In this document: piece by piece, positions 13,139-26,376 of the stretch
Layout of the letters: each line of letters starts with the position of its first letter
How positions within the stretch are numbered: the first letter of the stretch is position 1
NCBI RefSeq assembly: GCF_035594765.1
Contig: NC_085841.1
Span: forward strand, 225,959,326 to 226,023,325
Length of the DNA stretch: 64,000 nucleotides
Origin: Anolis carolinensis
Lineage: Eukaryota
Direction: 5' to 3'
The notes under the pieces: generated by a model
What the model was told of the DNA's origin: nothing
Seen by the model: the letters and a program-made list of their open reading frames with translations, nothing else
The model's database searches: none
Program-made: the position numbers and the translations under genes

Positions 13139-13605
13139 CAGTAGTCTCGCTTATCCAAACTTAGCTTATCCAACGTTCTGGATTATCAAACGCAATCTGC
13201 TTCCTGCTGGGATCCACAGCTGTTTCTCTAGGCAGCAAGGACTGAACTTTTTACGGATTTAACTTCCAACAATGTTATTACTGCAAGTTCATTTTATGCA
13301 ATTCTATCTTTATTTGTAGTAAATTTGTTAGTTGCCAATGTTTTTATAGTCAATGTTTTCAATGCATTGCGGTGTTTTGATACTAAATTCATAAATACAG
13401 TAAGTACTACATAACATTAACTTTTACTGAACTGCTTTTTTTATTCATTTTGTTGTAAAACATGATGTTTTGGTGCTTAATTTGTACAATCATAATGTAA
13501 TTTGACGTTTAATAGGCTTTTCCTTAACCCCTCCTTATTATCCAACATTTTTGCTTATCCAATGTTCTGCCGGCCCGTTTATGTTGGATAAATGAGACTC
13601 TACTG
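13139..13605. mobile_element. Longer variant of the same MITE family, opposite orientation
   Basis: TA|cagtagtctcgcttatccaa ... ttggataaatgagactctactg|TA. Confidence 0.88.
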
Positions 13606-13855
13606 TATAAGGTTTCCTAACACGAGCCAGCATCCAATGGAATCATTTCTTTGACAGAATTGCTTCTCATCAACAGAACTGGGAAGTGTAACCGCTAAGC
13701 CTGGTAACGTTTATTGGATGACTGTTTATCGCTGGTTATGTAAAAGACTGCCAGGTGGTGTGGAAGGCTGTGTGTGTGGTGGTGGTGGTGGTGAACGGGA
13801 CGACGACAAATGAATCCCATCAAACTAATAGTCTTCTGCTACCATGAGGTTAACT

Positions 13856-13974
13856 CAGGCATGGGCAAACTTTGCCCCTTCAACTCTCAGAAATCTCAGC
13901 CAGCTTACCAGCTGTTAGGAATTATGGGAGTTGAAGTCCAAAATACCTGGAGGATCAAAGTTTGCTCATGCCTA
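13856..13974. mobile_element. hAT MITE (CAGGCATGGGCAAACTT family)
   Basis: Palindromic, with degenerate 8-bp TSD ggttaact/tgttagct. A partial copy also lies at 24587-24640. Confidence 0.8.
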
Positions 13975-14749
13975 TGTTAGCTGGAGGCCATGGTTTTCAA
14001 CAGGAATAACAGAGCTACCAATAGGATGATCAGACAAAGGCAACAGCACGAGTAAGAGAAGGAAACAACACAGCACAGGACATGGAAATCACAACTCCAG
14101 GAAGAATCAAGCCCAAAATTTCGAAGTCTTGAGTGTGTCTCAAAAGCAACATGTTTGTGTATTAAGGAAAAACATGGAAGCAAAGCAGTAACACTAGTAA
14201 CACTTCTTAAGCATAACCAGTGTTTTGACATTTAATATGCAACTCTTTGAAGACTCTGCAGTGATCTGGACACAGCTGCAAATAATAAACAAAAAACTGA
14301 AACAGAAGTACGAACTCTGTTTCATATAGAAATAGGACATATTTTGTAATAAAATAATTATTAAAAACAGTCACGACACTGATAATTTGTACATACTGTT
14401 TTTAATTAATAATCTGTGGAGAATAGGTCAGCAGAAAATCTCTATTGATTGGCATGCAGCTCAGTTGCTACGCACTCTGAAGGATGATGCAATATGGTTT
14501 TTTAATCCTTAAATATTGGAAAATGTGTAAAGCAAAATGCTGACTTGCTTGTATGGAGAAGCGGCTATTTTACTTGTAATTACATTGAGCTACTTATCCC
14601 AAACTTTTTACACACAACTCAACTATTACAATAAATATGTTCATAAAATACAAAAGTACTTTTCACAACACCAGAACTGCACACTGAACTTTAAAGCTAA
14701 AACACATTAAAAATAATAAAGCAAATTTGAATTGATAAGGAGGTACTAT

Positions 14750-15145
14750 TCCATGTCTCTACACCAGGCATGGGCAAACTTCGGCCCTTCAGGTGTTTTA
14801 GACTTCAACTCTCACAATTCCTAATAGCTGGTAGGCTGTTCGGAATTGTGGGAGCTGAAGTCCAAAACACCTGGAGGACCAAATTTTGCCCATGCCTGCT
14901 CTACACTAAGGCACAGACCACGGGAAATAAACAAGATGAACTTGAATTCTCAACACAGTTAAACAAATACGATGTAATAGTAATTATCACTGAAGCCTGT
15001 CTCATGACTGGAATGTAGTAATAGAGGGGTACAACCTATTTTGGAAAAATAGATCAAACAGGAATGTAAGAGGAGTAGCATTATATATCAAGACTTAAAT
15101 CCTAGATGTCAGGTTGAGAACATCTGGGTAAAAAATAAGGGGGAT
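14750..15145 (+). mobile_element. CR1 LINE ORF2 endonuclease N-terminal remnant
   Basis: Translates as CLYTKAQTTGNKQDELEF...YDVIVIITE...GVALYIK, resembling the CR1 CLYTNA.S.GNKQ.ELE motif. Frame-disrupted. Confidence 0.75.
14765..14898. mobile_element. hAT MITE (CAGGCATGGGCAAACTT family)
   Basis: TIRs plus a perfect 8-bp TSD ctctacac. Inserted into a CR1 endonuclease fragment. Confidence 0.92.
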
Positions 15146-15150
15146 GTCTA

Positions 15151-15515
15151 TTTTATTTATTTATTTCCAACATTTACATCCTGTCCTTCTCACCCGAAGG
15201 GTCTTAGGGCGGCTTACAATAATGACAGTAATTCGATGCCTACACAAAATCAAAATTACACAGTACATAAAATCAATTAAACTATTAAATACAATATAAA
15301 ATTTTTAAAACAAATAATTAGATACATTCGTCCACAAAAACCTCGTGCTTTAGCCATAAGTCAGTCCGTGTCGTCATTGCCATTATTCATTAAAACCCTG
15401 AGCAGATAACCATGATTTTAGGGCTCTTCTGAAGCCCAAAAGTGTTGGAGCTTGTCGAATATCTGGAGAGGGTGATCCACAGCTGGGGAGCCACCACCGA
15501 GAAGGCCCTATCCCT
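15151..15515 (-). mobile_element. L2 LINE 3' end
   Basis: (TTTA)n tail, stem-loop 'ccttctcacccgaagggtcttagggcggcttaca', and the L2-like segment 'ggggagccaccaccgagaaggccc'. Confidence 0.75.
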
Positions 15516-16589
15516 ATATCATTGTTGGGGGTTAGATATAGACTTCCAAACCAGGCTGAGTGTTTGTATTATGACTAGAACAAATGACCACACATTCAGG
15601 ATTGAGTTTTGGATTGTTCTTTGCTCTCTTTTTTGCAGGTGTGGATTCAGCCATTGTAAGTGCTTGGTTCATTTCTTAGCAATGTATTCCTCCCTTCGAA
15701 GGTAGCAGTTAATTATCCATTTAAGATTGCAACATAAACAATTGGCATTTCAAAATGTCTTCTGAAAGTACTTATTTAGTAAAATGAAAGACACAATATG
15801 TTTGCATTATAAGCAAACACTCTTAGCATTATTAGTACTTTTGTGTGAGATGAAATCTGCATGTGCCAAAAGCTCTCGCTGGTCCCCATTTTTCTAGAAT
15901 TTACATGATAAAGTCTGGAAAGGCATGGTTCTGACAAGCCAACTACTTTGCATAGGGAAGGTAAATCAGTTTGGAAAAGGATTTATCAAGAGAGCTCACT
16001 GGACTGAAGACAACACATAGCACAGAACAGCGATATCAGCTAACGACCTAAAGTTACTTAAATTATGAAAACAGATTTACCTTAGCTAAGTTTGAATTTT
16101 AGCATCAACTGAATCCTAGAATTATTTATTAAAACAACAACCTTTTACACTTTTAAGCAGGTTCTTTACCCAACAACTAATTTGCTTGGAATTTTGAAAA
16201 ACCACATCTTAATTTTTGTCAGTCCTTCAACATTACAGAATTATAAAATTTAGGTTACACAAGATTCAAGCCAATTACTCTGGTGAAGTGAACCGTGTTC
16301 TGAGGTTACCAGTCTCAGTAACTGAACATCCTACTCTTCCATTTGAATTCTAGTAAGAGGGCCCATGTTACTTCTTTACAGATATATACAATTTTGAAGA
16401 CTTCAGGAAACTGCAGAAATACTTGAAATCCATGTGAGTTAAAGCCTTAATCAAAAGGAAACATGCAAACACCCAAACATTTTAAAAATATTCCAAGTGA
16501 CTTTTTTGACCTAAATCTAACTGCAAGATCAAACCATAAAGACCCACAAAACTGCAACTGAATGGTAAGAACATTCATTTATTCATTCC

Positions 16590-17250
16590 AAAATAAAAGT
16601 GAAAATTTGTATGTGTGTATGTGACACGGGTGTCCGCTCACACAGACTACAGCCTCCACAAACAGGCCATAGTTCCTAGTGCTGAAGAGCCACCAAGTCA
16701 CTTCCTCCCAGGACATTGCTGGTTACATCGAGCACATCCCAATGTTCCTTTCTCCCGCCATTTGCATGGCCCTGCCCACTGCCTCTCCCATAACCCTTTC
16801 CTACCCTTTCCTGTGGTACAAAGCAAACAGAGGATTTGATCAGCAACTGAACGTACTGGAGAGGTTTTGGGAGAATTCACCATGATTTATAGGAATTATA
16901 GGGAATGGAATGTATAGTTCACCAGCGATCTAAGAGCACTCTGAAATGCACCAATGATGGGAGTTACAGTTCACCCGTATTCAGAAAACACTGAACCCAG
17001 CCAACGTCAGATCTGGACAAAACTTGGCACACAGACCTAACACGGCCAACTGTGAATACTGGCACGGGTTCGGGGTGATTGCCCTGGGAATCTGGGAGTT
17101 GTAGTTCACCCTTATCCAGAGAACACTGAACCCAGAAGATGACGGATCTGGACCAAATTTGGCACACAGACTGAGCATGGCCAACTGAGAATACTGGGGG
17201 GAGGAGAGTTGATCCAAGATTTTTGGGAATTGTAGTTCACCCACATACTT
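16590..17250. repeat. Degenerate tandem units of about 135 bp (probable Helitron/hAT internal repeat)
   Basis: Repeated 'gggagttgtagttcacc...acactgaacccag...gatctggac.aaa.ttggcacacagac'. Similar units occur inside 47259-47908. Confidence 0.55.
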
Positions 17251-17267
17251 ATGGATTTTCTAATGAT

Positions 17268-17440
17268 GGTTGCTGGTTCGAATCCAACCTGGGGAGAGCG
17301 CGGATGAACTTACTCTATCAGCTCCAGCTCCATGTGGGGACATAAGAGAAGCCTCCCACAAGGATGGTAAAAACATCAAAACATCTGGGCGTTCCCTGGG
17401 CAACATGACCAATTTTCTCACCAGAAGGACAAAAAAAAAA
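17268..17440 (+). mobile_element. tRNA-derived SINE (same family as 60631-61028), partial
   Basis: B-box ggttcgaatcc, the shared body 'cagctccagctcc...gggacat.agagaagcctcccaca', and an A tail. Confidence 0.7.
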
Positions 17441-18003
17441 CCCAGCTGGGTTTGCCAACTGTATTTAGGCTGTTATCTAAAAGGAAACAACTATGCCAAG
17501 AAATTCAGTGGGATCTTGGAACACTTATTGTTTGTCAGCTTGATCTACTTCACAAAGTTGCTGTGAGAATAGAATATGGAGAAGATCCAGGTATATTATT
17601 ATATACATTAGTATCCTGCTAGAAAAGGCAGTAGGTAAATGCAATCTAATATTTTTAGGTTATAAACTATTTAACACCAGAGCCTTGAAAATTAATTTTT
17701 GGCTGTGTTTGTGCAAAATCCGTGTTACTGGTTGAACGACATCACTGAACAAGTCAAGGAAAGAGGTGACAGTGAAACTTAGACAAAGATTGCCTTCAGT
17801 TGTTGATACAAAATGGGAATGAGTGTGGGCGAGAAAATGACAAAAATAGGACTTCCTGCTCAGAGCATGTAGAAGTATATCCATTCACTGCCACAAAAAC
17901 AGCAGGGAAGGGTGATCTTCCCAAACGATTGCCATCTGACCATGGCAATATGAGACAACAGACTTACTGGCCCTTCAACTTTCTCAAACAATTAGTAGCC
18001 CAT

Positions 18004-18543
18004 GGAACAGGTACATTTTTAAAGTGCAACTCCAGTCAAAAATAAACATTGTTTATCCTTGGATAGCATAGGAAAGAGGTAATACCCCCATGGTATTTGT
18101 TTTGCTGTCTGTACCCGTTCAGAAGATTTCACCTCACTTCCTGTCCCTGTGATATTGGATTTTGAAAATTTGGCTTGTTGTGAAAACAAGGATTGGTGAG
18201 AAAGCTTCAATGGAGACACCTTTTCCCCATGATAACTCTTCCCCATGATAACTCTTTCAGGTGTGAATTTCCCTTCGTAGGGGTAGATTTATCTCATTTC
18301 CTGTTGTCTCAGCCCTGTTCTTGGGACATGAAAGAAACCTGCCACAGCCCTGTTCTTGGGACATGAAAGAAACCTGGGATGGAGAAACGTCAAAACATCC
18401 AGGCATCCCCTGGGCAACGCCCTTGCAGACGGCCAATTCTCTCACACCAGAAGTGACTTGCAGTTTATCAAGTCACTCCTGACATGGAAAAAAAACATAT
18501 GAGTCATTTGTAAGTCAGATGTGTGTAACTCGGGAATTGCCTG
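18004..18543 (+). mobile_element. Tigger-like non-autonomous element, left-truncated, with a SINE fragment inserted at about 18323-18495
   Basis: Homologous to 25740-26053. Right TIR gtaactcgggaattgcctg|TA. Confidence 0.7.
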
Positions 18544-19453
18544 TATGTATGTATGTTTGTATATGTGTGTGTGTGTATAGTTGCTTATATTGCAATTGAA
18601 TAAAAACATTTCGGCATTCCCATTTTAAGATATTTTAACTATTGTCTCTTTACAACAGTAGTAAATGCAATCTAGATTTACAAACCAATTAGGGAAAGAA
18701 GTAGTCATATTTAGGAACCTGTCCAGAAATATTCTGAAAAAAAAAATACCAGTAGTCTATAAGGGACTGGTAGGTGAAGGGTGAAAAGAAACACTTCCAG
18801 CTAAATTCAGTTATGTGCTTCCATCTTCTAGCAATCTTCTTGGTTTTTATTATTGGTTAAAAAAAAGGATTGCCGATTTTAACTATATATTTGAACTGCT
18901 AACAACAACACCCGATAAGCTAATTTTCAAGCTGTGTGTTATAGACAAAAAACTAGCTGTGCCCAGCCACGCATTGCTGTGGTATAGTCTGCTGGTTTTG
19001 CAAAAAAAATAAATAAATAAAAATAATTTAAAAAAAAGTAATGAGCAAGTGCTGGTGTTTAATATATGTTATATACTTGTAATGTACAGTATGCATAAGG
19101 CTGTGTGTGGACTGCAACTCACATCATGCCTGGTTAACGCCAACAAACTCCAACAGTACTTAAAGTCTGTTATGTTGGGCAAGTTTGATCTAGATGCAGC
19201 ACTGCTGAGGTCTTGAACTCCCACTATGGTGAGTCAGTCGTCTCAAACCCCTCCAGTAGCGTATTCCCGTTTTCAGAGTGTTGTTATTTATTTACTGTCC
19301 TGGTTTTAAAGTTTTTTAATGCTGGGAGCCAGGTTTTGTTCATTTTCAATGGATTTCCCTAGATAGGAAGCAGCCAGGCAAGTGTGGTTTATATACCTAT
19401 GGAATAATGTCTAGCGTGGGAGAAAGAACTCTTGTCTGTTGGAAGAAAGACTG

Positions 19454-19670
19454 ATTTATTTATTTATTTATTTATTTACAGTATTTGTATTCCGCCCTTC
19501 TCACCCCGAAGGACTTAGGGCGGATCACACATATAAGGCAAACATTCAATGCCTTGACATAGAACAAAGACAAAGAAAATGCAGGCTCCGAGCTGGCCTC
19601 GAACTCATGACCTCTTGGTCAGAGTGATTGGTCTCAGCTGGCTGCTCACCAGCTTGCGCCACAGCCCGGC
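19454..19670 (-). mobile_element. tRNA-derived SINE with L2-type tail (Anolis SINE2-like)
   Basis: Reverse complement of the head and tail of 36061-36504, with a (TTTA)n tail. Confidence 0.85.
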
Positions 19671-20071
19671 TGCAATTAGTCACCTTGATTAGCATTTAAT
19701 GGCCTTGTAGCTTCATAGCCTGGCTGATTACTCCCTGAGGGAATCCTTTGTTGGGAGGTATTAGCTAGCACTGATTGTTTCCTGTCGGGAATTCCCCTGT
19801 TTTCAGAGTGTTGTTCTTTAGTTACTGTCCTCATTTTAGGAATTTCATTGTTCTGTATTATTATACCAAAGTAATTATTATATATATTTAGAATCTTATA
19901 TTATCTGGTTAGAACTGGATTACATGAGGCCCTTTCTACACTGATGTATAAAATCCACACTGAACTGGATTATATGGCAGTGTGGACTCAAGATAATCCA
20001 GTCTAAAGCAGAAACTGTGGATTATCTGCCTTGACATTCTTGGTTATATAGCTGTGTGGAAGGACTTTGAG

Positions 20072-20474
20072 CAGGGGTCCCCAAACTAAGGCCCATGGGC
20101 CGGATGTGGCCCTCTAAAGTCATTTACCTGGCCCCTGCCCTCAGTTTTAGACTTAGGTTCGCCCAAAGTCTGAAATGACTTGAAGGCACACAACAACAAT
20201 TCTAATTAACTTGAGTATCTCATTGGCCAGAAGCAGGCCCACACTTCCCATTGAAATTCTGCTAGGTTCATGTTGGTTTAAATTGTTTTTATTTTTAAAT
20301 ATTGTATTGCTTTTTCATTTTTTGTTGTTGGGTTTTTTTTTTTGCACTAAAAATAAGACATGTGCAGTGTGCATAGGAATTTGCTCATATTTTTTTTTCA
20401 AATGACAATTTGGCCCCTCAACAATCTGAAGGATTGTGGACCAGCCCTCTGCTTAAAATGTTTGAGGACCCCTG
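20072..20474. mobile_element. hAT non-autonomous element
   Basis: TIRs caggggtccccaaact / tttgaggacccctg. TSD actttgag/gccttgag. The empty site ggaagggccttgagtctac is seen at about 59718-59736. Confidence 0.85.
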
Positions 20475-21176
20475 GCCTTGAGTCTACATTGCCATATAAT
20501 CCAGTTGAAATCAGATAATCTATATTTTATAGGCAGTATGGAAGAGGCCAACGTGAACCCTGCCTATCCCCCGGGTGCCATTGTAGCTATGTCACGAAGA
20601 GGGCATGGCCTAAAGGGGCATGGCCTACCCTTTTGACTGGCAGCCAGGGGGAGAATGGTTCTTCCTCGTCCTCCCCCCCACACCCAGTTTCTAATTGAAG
20701 GTCTATGTGTTCCCGTGTGTGCGAGATGGGAGGGAAGCCCCTTCAAGAAGAACAGCCATGGCAGCTGGCTCTCCTTCTACCTGCTCTTTTCCACGCACTG
20801 GGTTCCCCCATCACCTGTAAACACAGTCACTCCCTTCAGGGCAATTGCAGAGAGTGAAGGGAAAAGAGGGGAGCATACCATTCCGGCCGAAAAGGGAGGA
20901 AGGAAAAGTGAAAAATAAATATAGGCCAATCCGGTGTTTTTTTTTGGGGGGGGGGGGGGGGCTGTTGAGTGAAGGACATACCTTGGATATGTTGGTGTAT
21001 TGTGGCCAAATTTGGGGGCATTTGGTCCAGTGGTTTTGTTGTTAACTTGGTCCTACAAGTGGACAGAACATTTTTATAGATAGATGGTGGGAAGGAGAAA
21101 GAAGAATTTGTCTGAACGTTATGTGAAGTATAGGCTTTAATCAAAATTACTACCTCAGTGCACATAGTCTTTAACT

Positions 21177-21310
21177 CAGTGGTTCTCAACCTGGGGTCCC
21201 TAGATGTTTTTGGCCTATGCCTCCCAGAAACCCCAGACAGTTTACCAGCTGTTAGGATTTCTGAGAGTTGAAGGCCAAAACATTTAGGGACCACAGGTTG
21301 AGAACAACTG
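21177..21310. mobile_element. 134-bp hAT MITE with SPIN-type TIRs
   Basis: CAGTGGTTCTCAACCT TIR and a perfect 8-bp TSD ctttaact. Confidence 0.92.
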
Positions 21311-23896
21311 CTTTAACTGAAATATTGCACTTCAGCCCTCTTGTAAAACAATCTGAGCAAATATTTTTGTATTATAATGGAATGTATTTAAACTTGATTA
21401 TTCTGAAATTTGCTTCTATTTTTCTATTTACAGGGGGAACTGGGATCTAATTAAACATCTGAGGAGAAAAGGGATATTTTGGCAATGTTTACATAGTCTG
21501 CTCTTCACTGATTGCTCCCTCCTCCCTTTGCAATTTCAGAGAGCTTTCAAATATTCAGCACTGGCTTTTAGAGGGAACACAAATTAGGAAGGGTAAGAAA
21601 AAACTCCATCCCATATCCAAAAAAACTGTATTGAGCACTAGTCTGTGTTTATCCAAATGTGTGGCTGAGCATATGGTACGTACACAACACAACATTCACA
21701 TGGGGTTTAAGATCAATGAAGAATTCTACTGTCAACATGTCAATTCACATTTACTATTGATTGTTTTAAATAGAGCTGCTTTAAAAGCAGATATATGGAA
21801 GAAAGTTATGCAAATCTGTAAGAAAGAAATGCTTCCCACCGCCAGAAGGGCCTGAGCTAAAAACTGGAGAAGTGCAGTTCATGATTTCAAAGGAAAATTC
21901 AATTGACAGTGAAACATAAATGTAATGGATTGTTTCCAGTGGAAATCTAATGGAATGGAGAGTATCTGTTGTGTATACTTGTGTCTGTTCATAAACTCTA
22001 GAGGAATAAAAGGAAAGGGAATGTTATAGCTTTATATTGAAAAGGACATATCCTTTGATAAATCTGAAACTTTTAAATGGGCTGGCGAGTTCACTTAATC
22101 ACCACAGATAACAATAGCAGGCACAAAGCCTAGGGCAATCACCCTATATAGAATTCATGCAGTTTGACACTATTTCAATTGCCTTGGCTGAATGCTATGG
22201 AATCCTGAGAGTTGTAATCTGCTGAGGATCCAGCATACTTGGCAGTTAAGGTTAAAGACATGGTAAAACTACAACTCCCATGACTACAGCATTCAGTCAT
22301 GAGCGCAAAAGGAGTGTCAAAGGCCATTAATTATACACCATAGACACGCCCTTAGTATTGGCTGGGAAAATGATGTCATACCTTGGACAAAATTGTCAAG
22401 GTGAATTGAGATGAAGCCAAGTACAGAGGCATTCAAAGCAGATATTGTGATAAAAATGGACAATTTTAACTACCGTTATATTGACTGGATGGATGCATGT
22501 TCTGGACACAATAAAGAGGTAAGCATTTAAGCTTTAGTACCTCAGCTGACTACAGCTCTGGTGCCATCCCTGCTCATTCATTGAGAGCCAAGGGGAGCAA
22601 AGAAAATAAAAAGACATACCATAATTATTTGAGTGCTTCTAAAGCAAGAAGACAGGTAAGCAAGAAGCTTTAACAATGAAGTGTACAGAAGATGTTTTTA
22701 CAGATAAACTCAAAGCACTATCTTCCTCCATTTCGAATACTGAAGATACAGGATAAATGCTTATTTGTGATGTGTGGTTCTAAGATTGTGAAAATATGAC
22801 AAACTAGGATTTAAAAAGAGGAAGTAGTAGACTATGTCAAATTAAAAAAAAGAGAAACAGTTATTTTAAAAAGATATGTTTACTGAAAAATTGCACCCAA
22901 ATGAATCACCTTGTCCAAATAGAGTTCAACCAAGAACTCAAACATGAAATTGCTAATATTCATACTACAATATGTATCATTTCTCTATCAGCATCTGTAT
23001 GAAGATAAGATCAATTTTTAAGAAGAGATCTAGGGTGGATCAGGGAATTATGACCTAGTTAACTTAGTATTGTCAAATAAATTGGTAGAAATTGTTAAAG
23101 ACATAATGTTCAGGTTCACAGAAGATCAAGGACAACTTTAAAAAAAACATAATTGCTCCTGCCAGGGTTAATTTAATCCAAATTGATGAAATCATAACTT
23201 AAACTATTTATCTAAACTCAATTTTAATTATTTAAATAACAGTTTATATCATTAGTGATGGTCCTATTTAATCATAGTCTTATAACTGAAAAATGCCATT
23301 GTTGAATATAACCTTACCATGTCTAGCAATCTCAGTTACAACATTACTTTGGAAACAATTTTGGGGTGAAATTATATGGATATTTAGTCTAAAACATTTT
23401 ATTCACTATTCTGTAAGAAAATATTCATTAATCAAAATTTCCATTTTCTTCAATTTTCAATTTTCAAAGACTAGAGAAAATGATTTTTAGTTCCCATTTC
23501 TGGGTTTTGTTGTTTCTTCTTCTTCTTCGTGACTTCACATGTCCATTCATGGAATCTGCTACCTAAAGGTCACCATCTTTGAAAGGATACTGGATAAATG
23601 TGGGATTCCTATGGCAACTCCCCCTGATGACTGCATCTTTCCTCCAGTGTCAGTGGTAGTAGTATCAGTTGTTAGGAAGTTTGTGCACAAAAATACTTTA
23701 GCACTTAGTCTGTTCCTGGGGTTCCTGTTAACATTTGTTTGGCCACTGTGTGGACAGACTTTACTAAATATGCCTTAAGTCTAAGACAACATGTTTTAAC
23801 TTCAAACAGAGTTATGGTTGATTGTAAACATTAGAAAGAAAATCTCATTATTTTAAAGGTTCTGATTCCCCCTGGGGAGATAGGGTGGGTTATAAA

Positions 23897-23928
<32 letters not shown>

Positions 23929-25548
23929 CACTTAAAAGATATTCAATGGGGTCTTTTGCAACCTTTCAATGTCAGTGCACATCTGCTAAAACAGACTTAA
24001 AAAGCAGAGTTATTTTCTATAGCAAACAATGGAACAGCAATATCCTTATGAGTATAAGATCATATTTTGACAAATAAGTTATTTGATAACTGCAATATTA
24101 CTTCTAATCCTTTTTTATTTGGGGATTGACAGAGAAACAGTAATTCTTCTTTCCTGACTCACTTTTCCTCTTGTTTGTGTGTCTTTGCATTGGACCTGAC
24201 TGATATCTGCTTATGCGCAACAGGTTATGGGCCCAGCACGAGTTTCACATTAAGAAGCCTTTGAAGAATGTGTGAAAACTCCAGTGGTCCAAAGAGTTGC
24301 AGCCAGATTGTTAACTGGGACTGACTACAAAGAATAAACAACATTTGCAAGAACTCTAGTGGCAGCCAGGCACAATTCAAAATGCTGACTGACTTATACT
24401 GACTTATACTGCTCAGGTGCAAATTATTTGAAGGGCCATAGCCTCCCAAATGAAACTACTTGTATTCTGAGATCAGAGGAAGTCTTTCTATCTGTCCCAC
24501 CATTCTCACAGATAAGTCTAATAGGAAAAGGGCCTAAACATTGGCTGCCCTCAAGCTCTGGAATGTTTTTCCCAGAAAGGTTAGACCAGGCATGGGCAAA
24601 CTTTGGCCTTCCAGGTGTTTTGGACTTCAACTCCCAGCTGGTAGACTGGGTTACACTCCTTACTATCTTTCCATGAGCAGATGAAGACTTTTTTTGTTTC
24701 AAGACGGCTTGAAAGACTGACTACTCAAGTAAAAAGGAGTTGCAAAATATGCTGAATTTTCTATTTAATGTTCTTTTAACCCTCGTGTTTTAAAATGCTT
24801 TAAGTTTTTCATGGTTTTAGTTATATATTTATTTTTTGCATGCTGTTAATTTTAGCGAAGCTAATTTTTTACTGTTGTAAGCTTTCTGAGTCTTAAACTT
24901 AAGCAGGGGATAAATAAATAAAGATAGATAATCACCGTCATCATCATCCTATATAGCAGTGTGGGTGGTTTACTACCAACATGCAAACTCTAAAAGAGTC
25001 AAAGTATGTCTGTGGGGCTGCAGTGACTCATGTGTGACTCACAGGGCCCATTAAGAATTACAGCTTCCTAAGATACCCTACTTATCAGGGTTTGTGCATG
25101 CATACACCCACTGAGAAGACCAAAAGATAAGAGAAAAAAACAATATGAACAGCAGAGATAACCCCTCCCTCACCCCAAAGGACAGGAAGATATGAAAGGC
25201 AGATGGGAAGTTGCATATTAACAGATTATTCAAAAGATACCAAAGCACATAGAACTAATCAACACTGGGCTAGCTACTGGGGAAGACATCTTGGGAATAA
25301 TCACAGCCCAACCAATTATGCTACTTCATTTACTAAAAAGTTCTTACCAACTTCTGGTTATTTGACAGGGTATCTAATAGCCAGAAATATGTGGCACCTA
25401 TTTCCACATCATTCACTATTTATTCTTCTTCCAGCTATACAAATTCTGCAACAGGATGTACTGATTACTTTTTCAGCTGTTGAAGTAAACTAGTAGTCCT
25501 TCATATTTATAATTTAAACATTATAAAATGAGTAACTATTATCTAATA

Positions 25549-26376
25549 CAAGCAGTCCCCAAGTTACAGGTAGGTTTTGTAGGTTTGTCCTGAAGTTGGA
25601 TTTGTATTGTGTGTGTATATATATATATATATTTGGGGGGGGGGGGGGGGGAGAGTGAGAGGGGAAGGGATGGAGGAAGAGAGAAGAGAGGAGAAAGAAT
25701 AGAGGGAGGCCAGATGAGAGAGGGGGGGGGGGGAGAGACAGTGTTTGTGTTTTTTTTGGAAAGTATAGGTAAGGGGTTATACCCCTGTGGTGTTTGTTTT
25801 GCTGTTTGTGCCCCTGTTCAGAAGATTGCACCTCACTGTCTGTCACTGTGATAATTGGATTTTGGAAAATGTGGCTTGTTGTGGAAACAAGGATTGGTGC
25901 AAAATCTTCAGTTGAAACAACTTTCCCCATGATAACTCTTACAGGCGTGAATTTCTCTTCTGAGTGGTATATTTCTCTCACTTCCTGTTGTCTCTACCCT
26001 GTTATTAACTATGAGTCATTTGTAAGTCAGATGTCTGTAACTTGGGAACTGCATGTATGTGTGTATGTGTATGTGTGTACTTGCTTATACTGTAATTGAA
26101 AAACTTCTCAGCATTCCCAATTTACGCTATTTTAACTATTATCTATTTACAACAGTAGTAAACACAATCTAGGGAAAGAAATAGACACATTTAGGAAGAT
26201 GTCCAGAATTATGCAGAAAAAACCTACCACTAATCTATAAGGGACTGGTAGGTGAGGGGTGAAAATAAACATTTATATGCCAAGTTCAATTATGCGCTTC
26301 CATCTTCTAGCCGTCTGCTTTGTTTTTTTATCCCCATTCTTAACTATGAGTCATTCGCAAGTTGGGGATTTGCCTG
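25549..26376 (+). mobile_element. Tigger-like element with two right ends and captured filler
   Basis: TA|caagcagtccccaagttac. First right TIR at about 26035-26055, second right TIR ttggggatttgcctg|TA ending at 26376. Confidence 0.7.

Larger units (their letters stand above)
18953..21084 (-). mobile_element. Composite non-autonomous Helitron
   Basis: 3' end is a hairpin plus CTAG (plus strand ctagctgtgcccagccacgcattgctgtgg at 18953). Probable 5' end TCTATCTATAAAAATG at 21084. A|T flanks. Contains Penelope, SINE and hAT pieces. Confidence 0.7.

Noticed and set aside
16860-17250. Repeat-spacer-like periodicity, possible CRISPR array
   Set aside because: Vertebrate intron with degenerate units of about 135 bp that repeat in full, no unique spacers and no cas genes.
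20836-21294. 152-aa ORF
   Set aside because: It spans a MITE, unique DNA and a Helitron end, so it is a chance open frame.
25514-25981. 155-aa minus-strand ORF
   Set aside because: It lies within a non-autonomous DNA transposon and poly-G/purine runs, with no transposase motifs.
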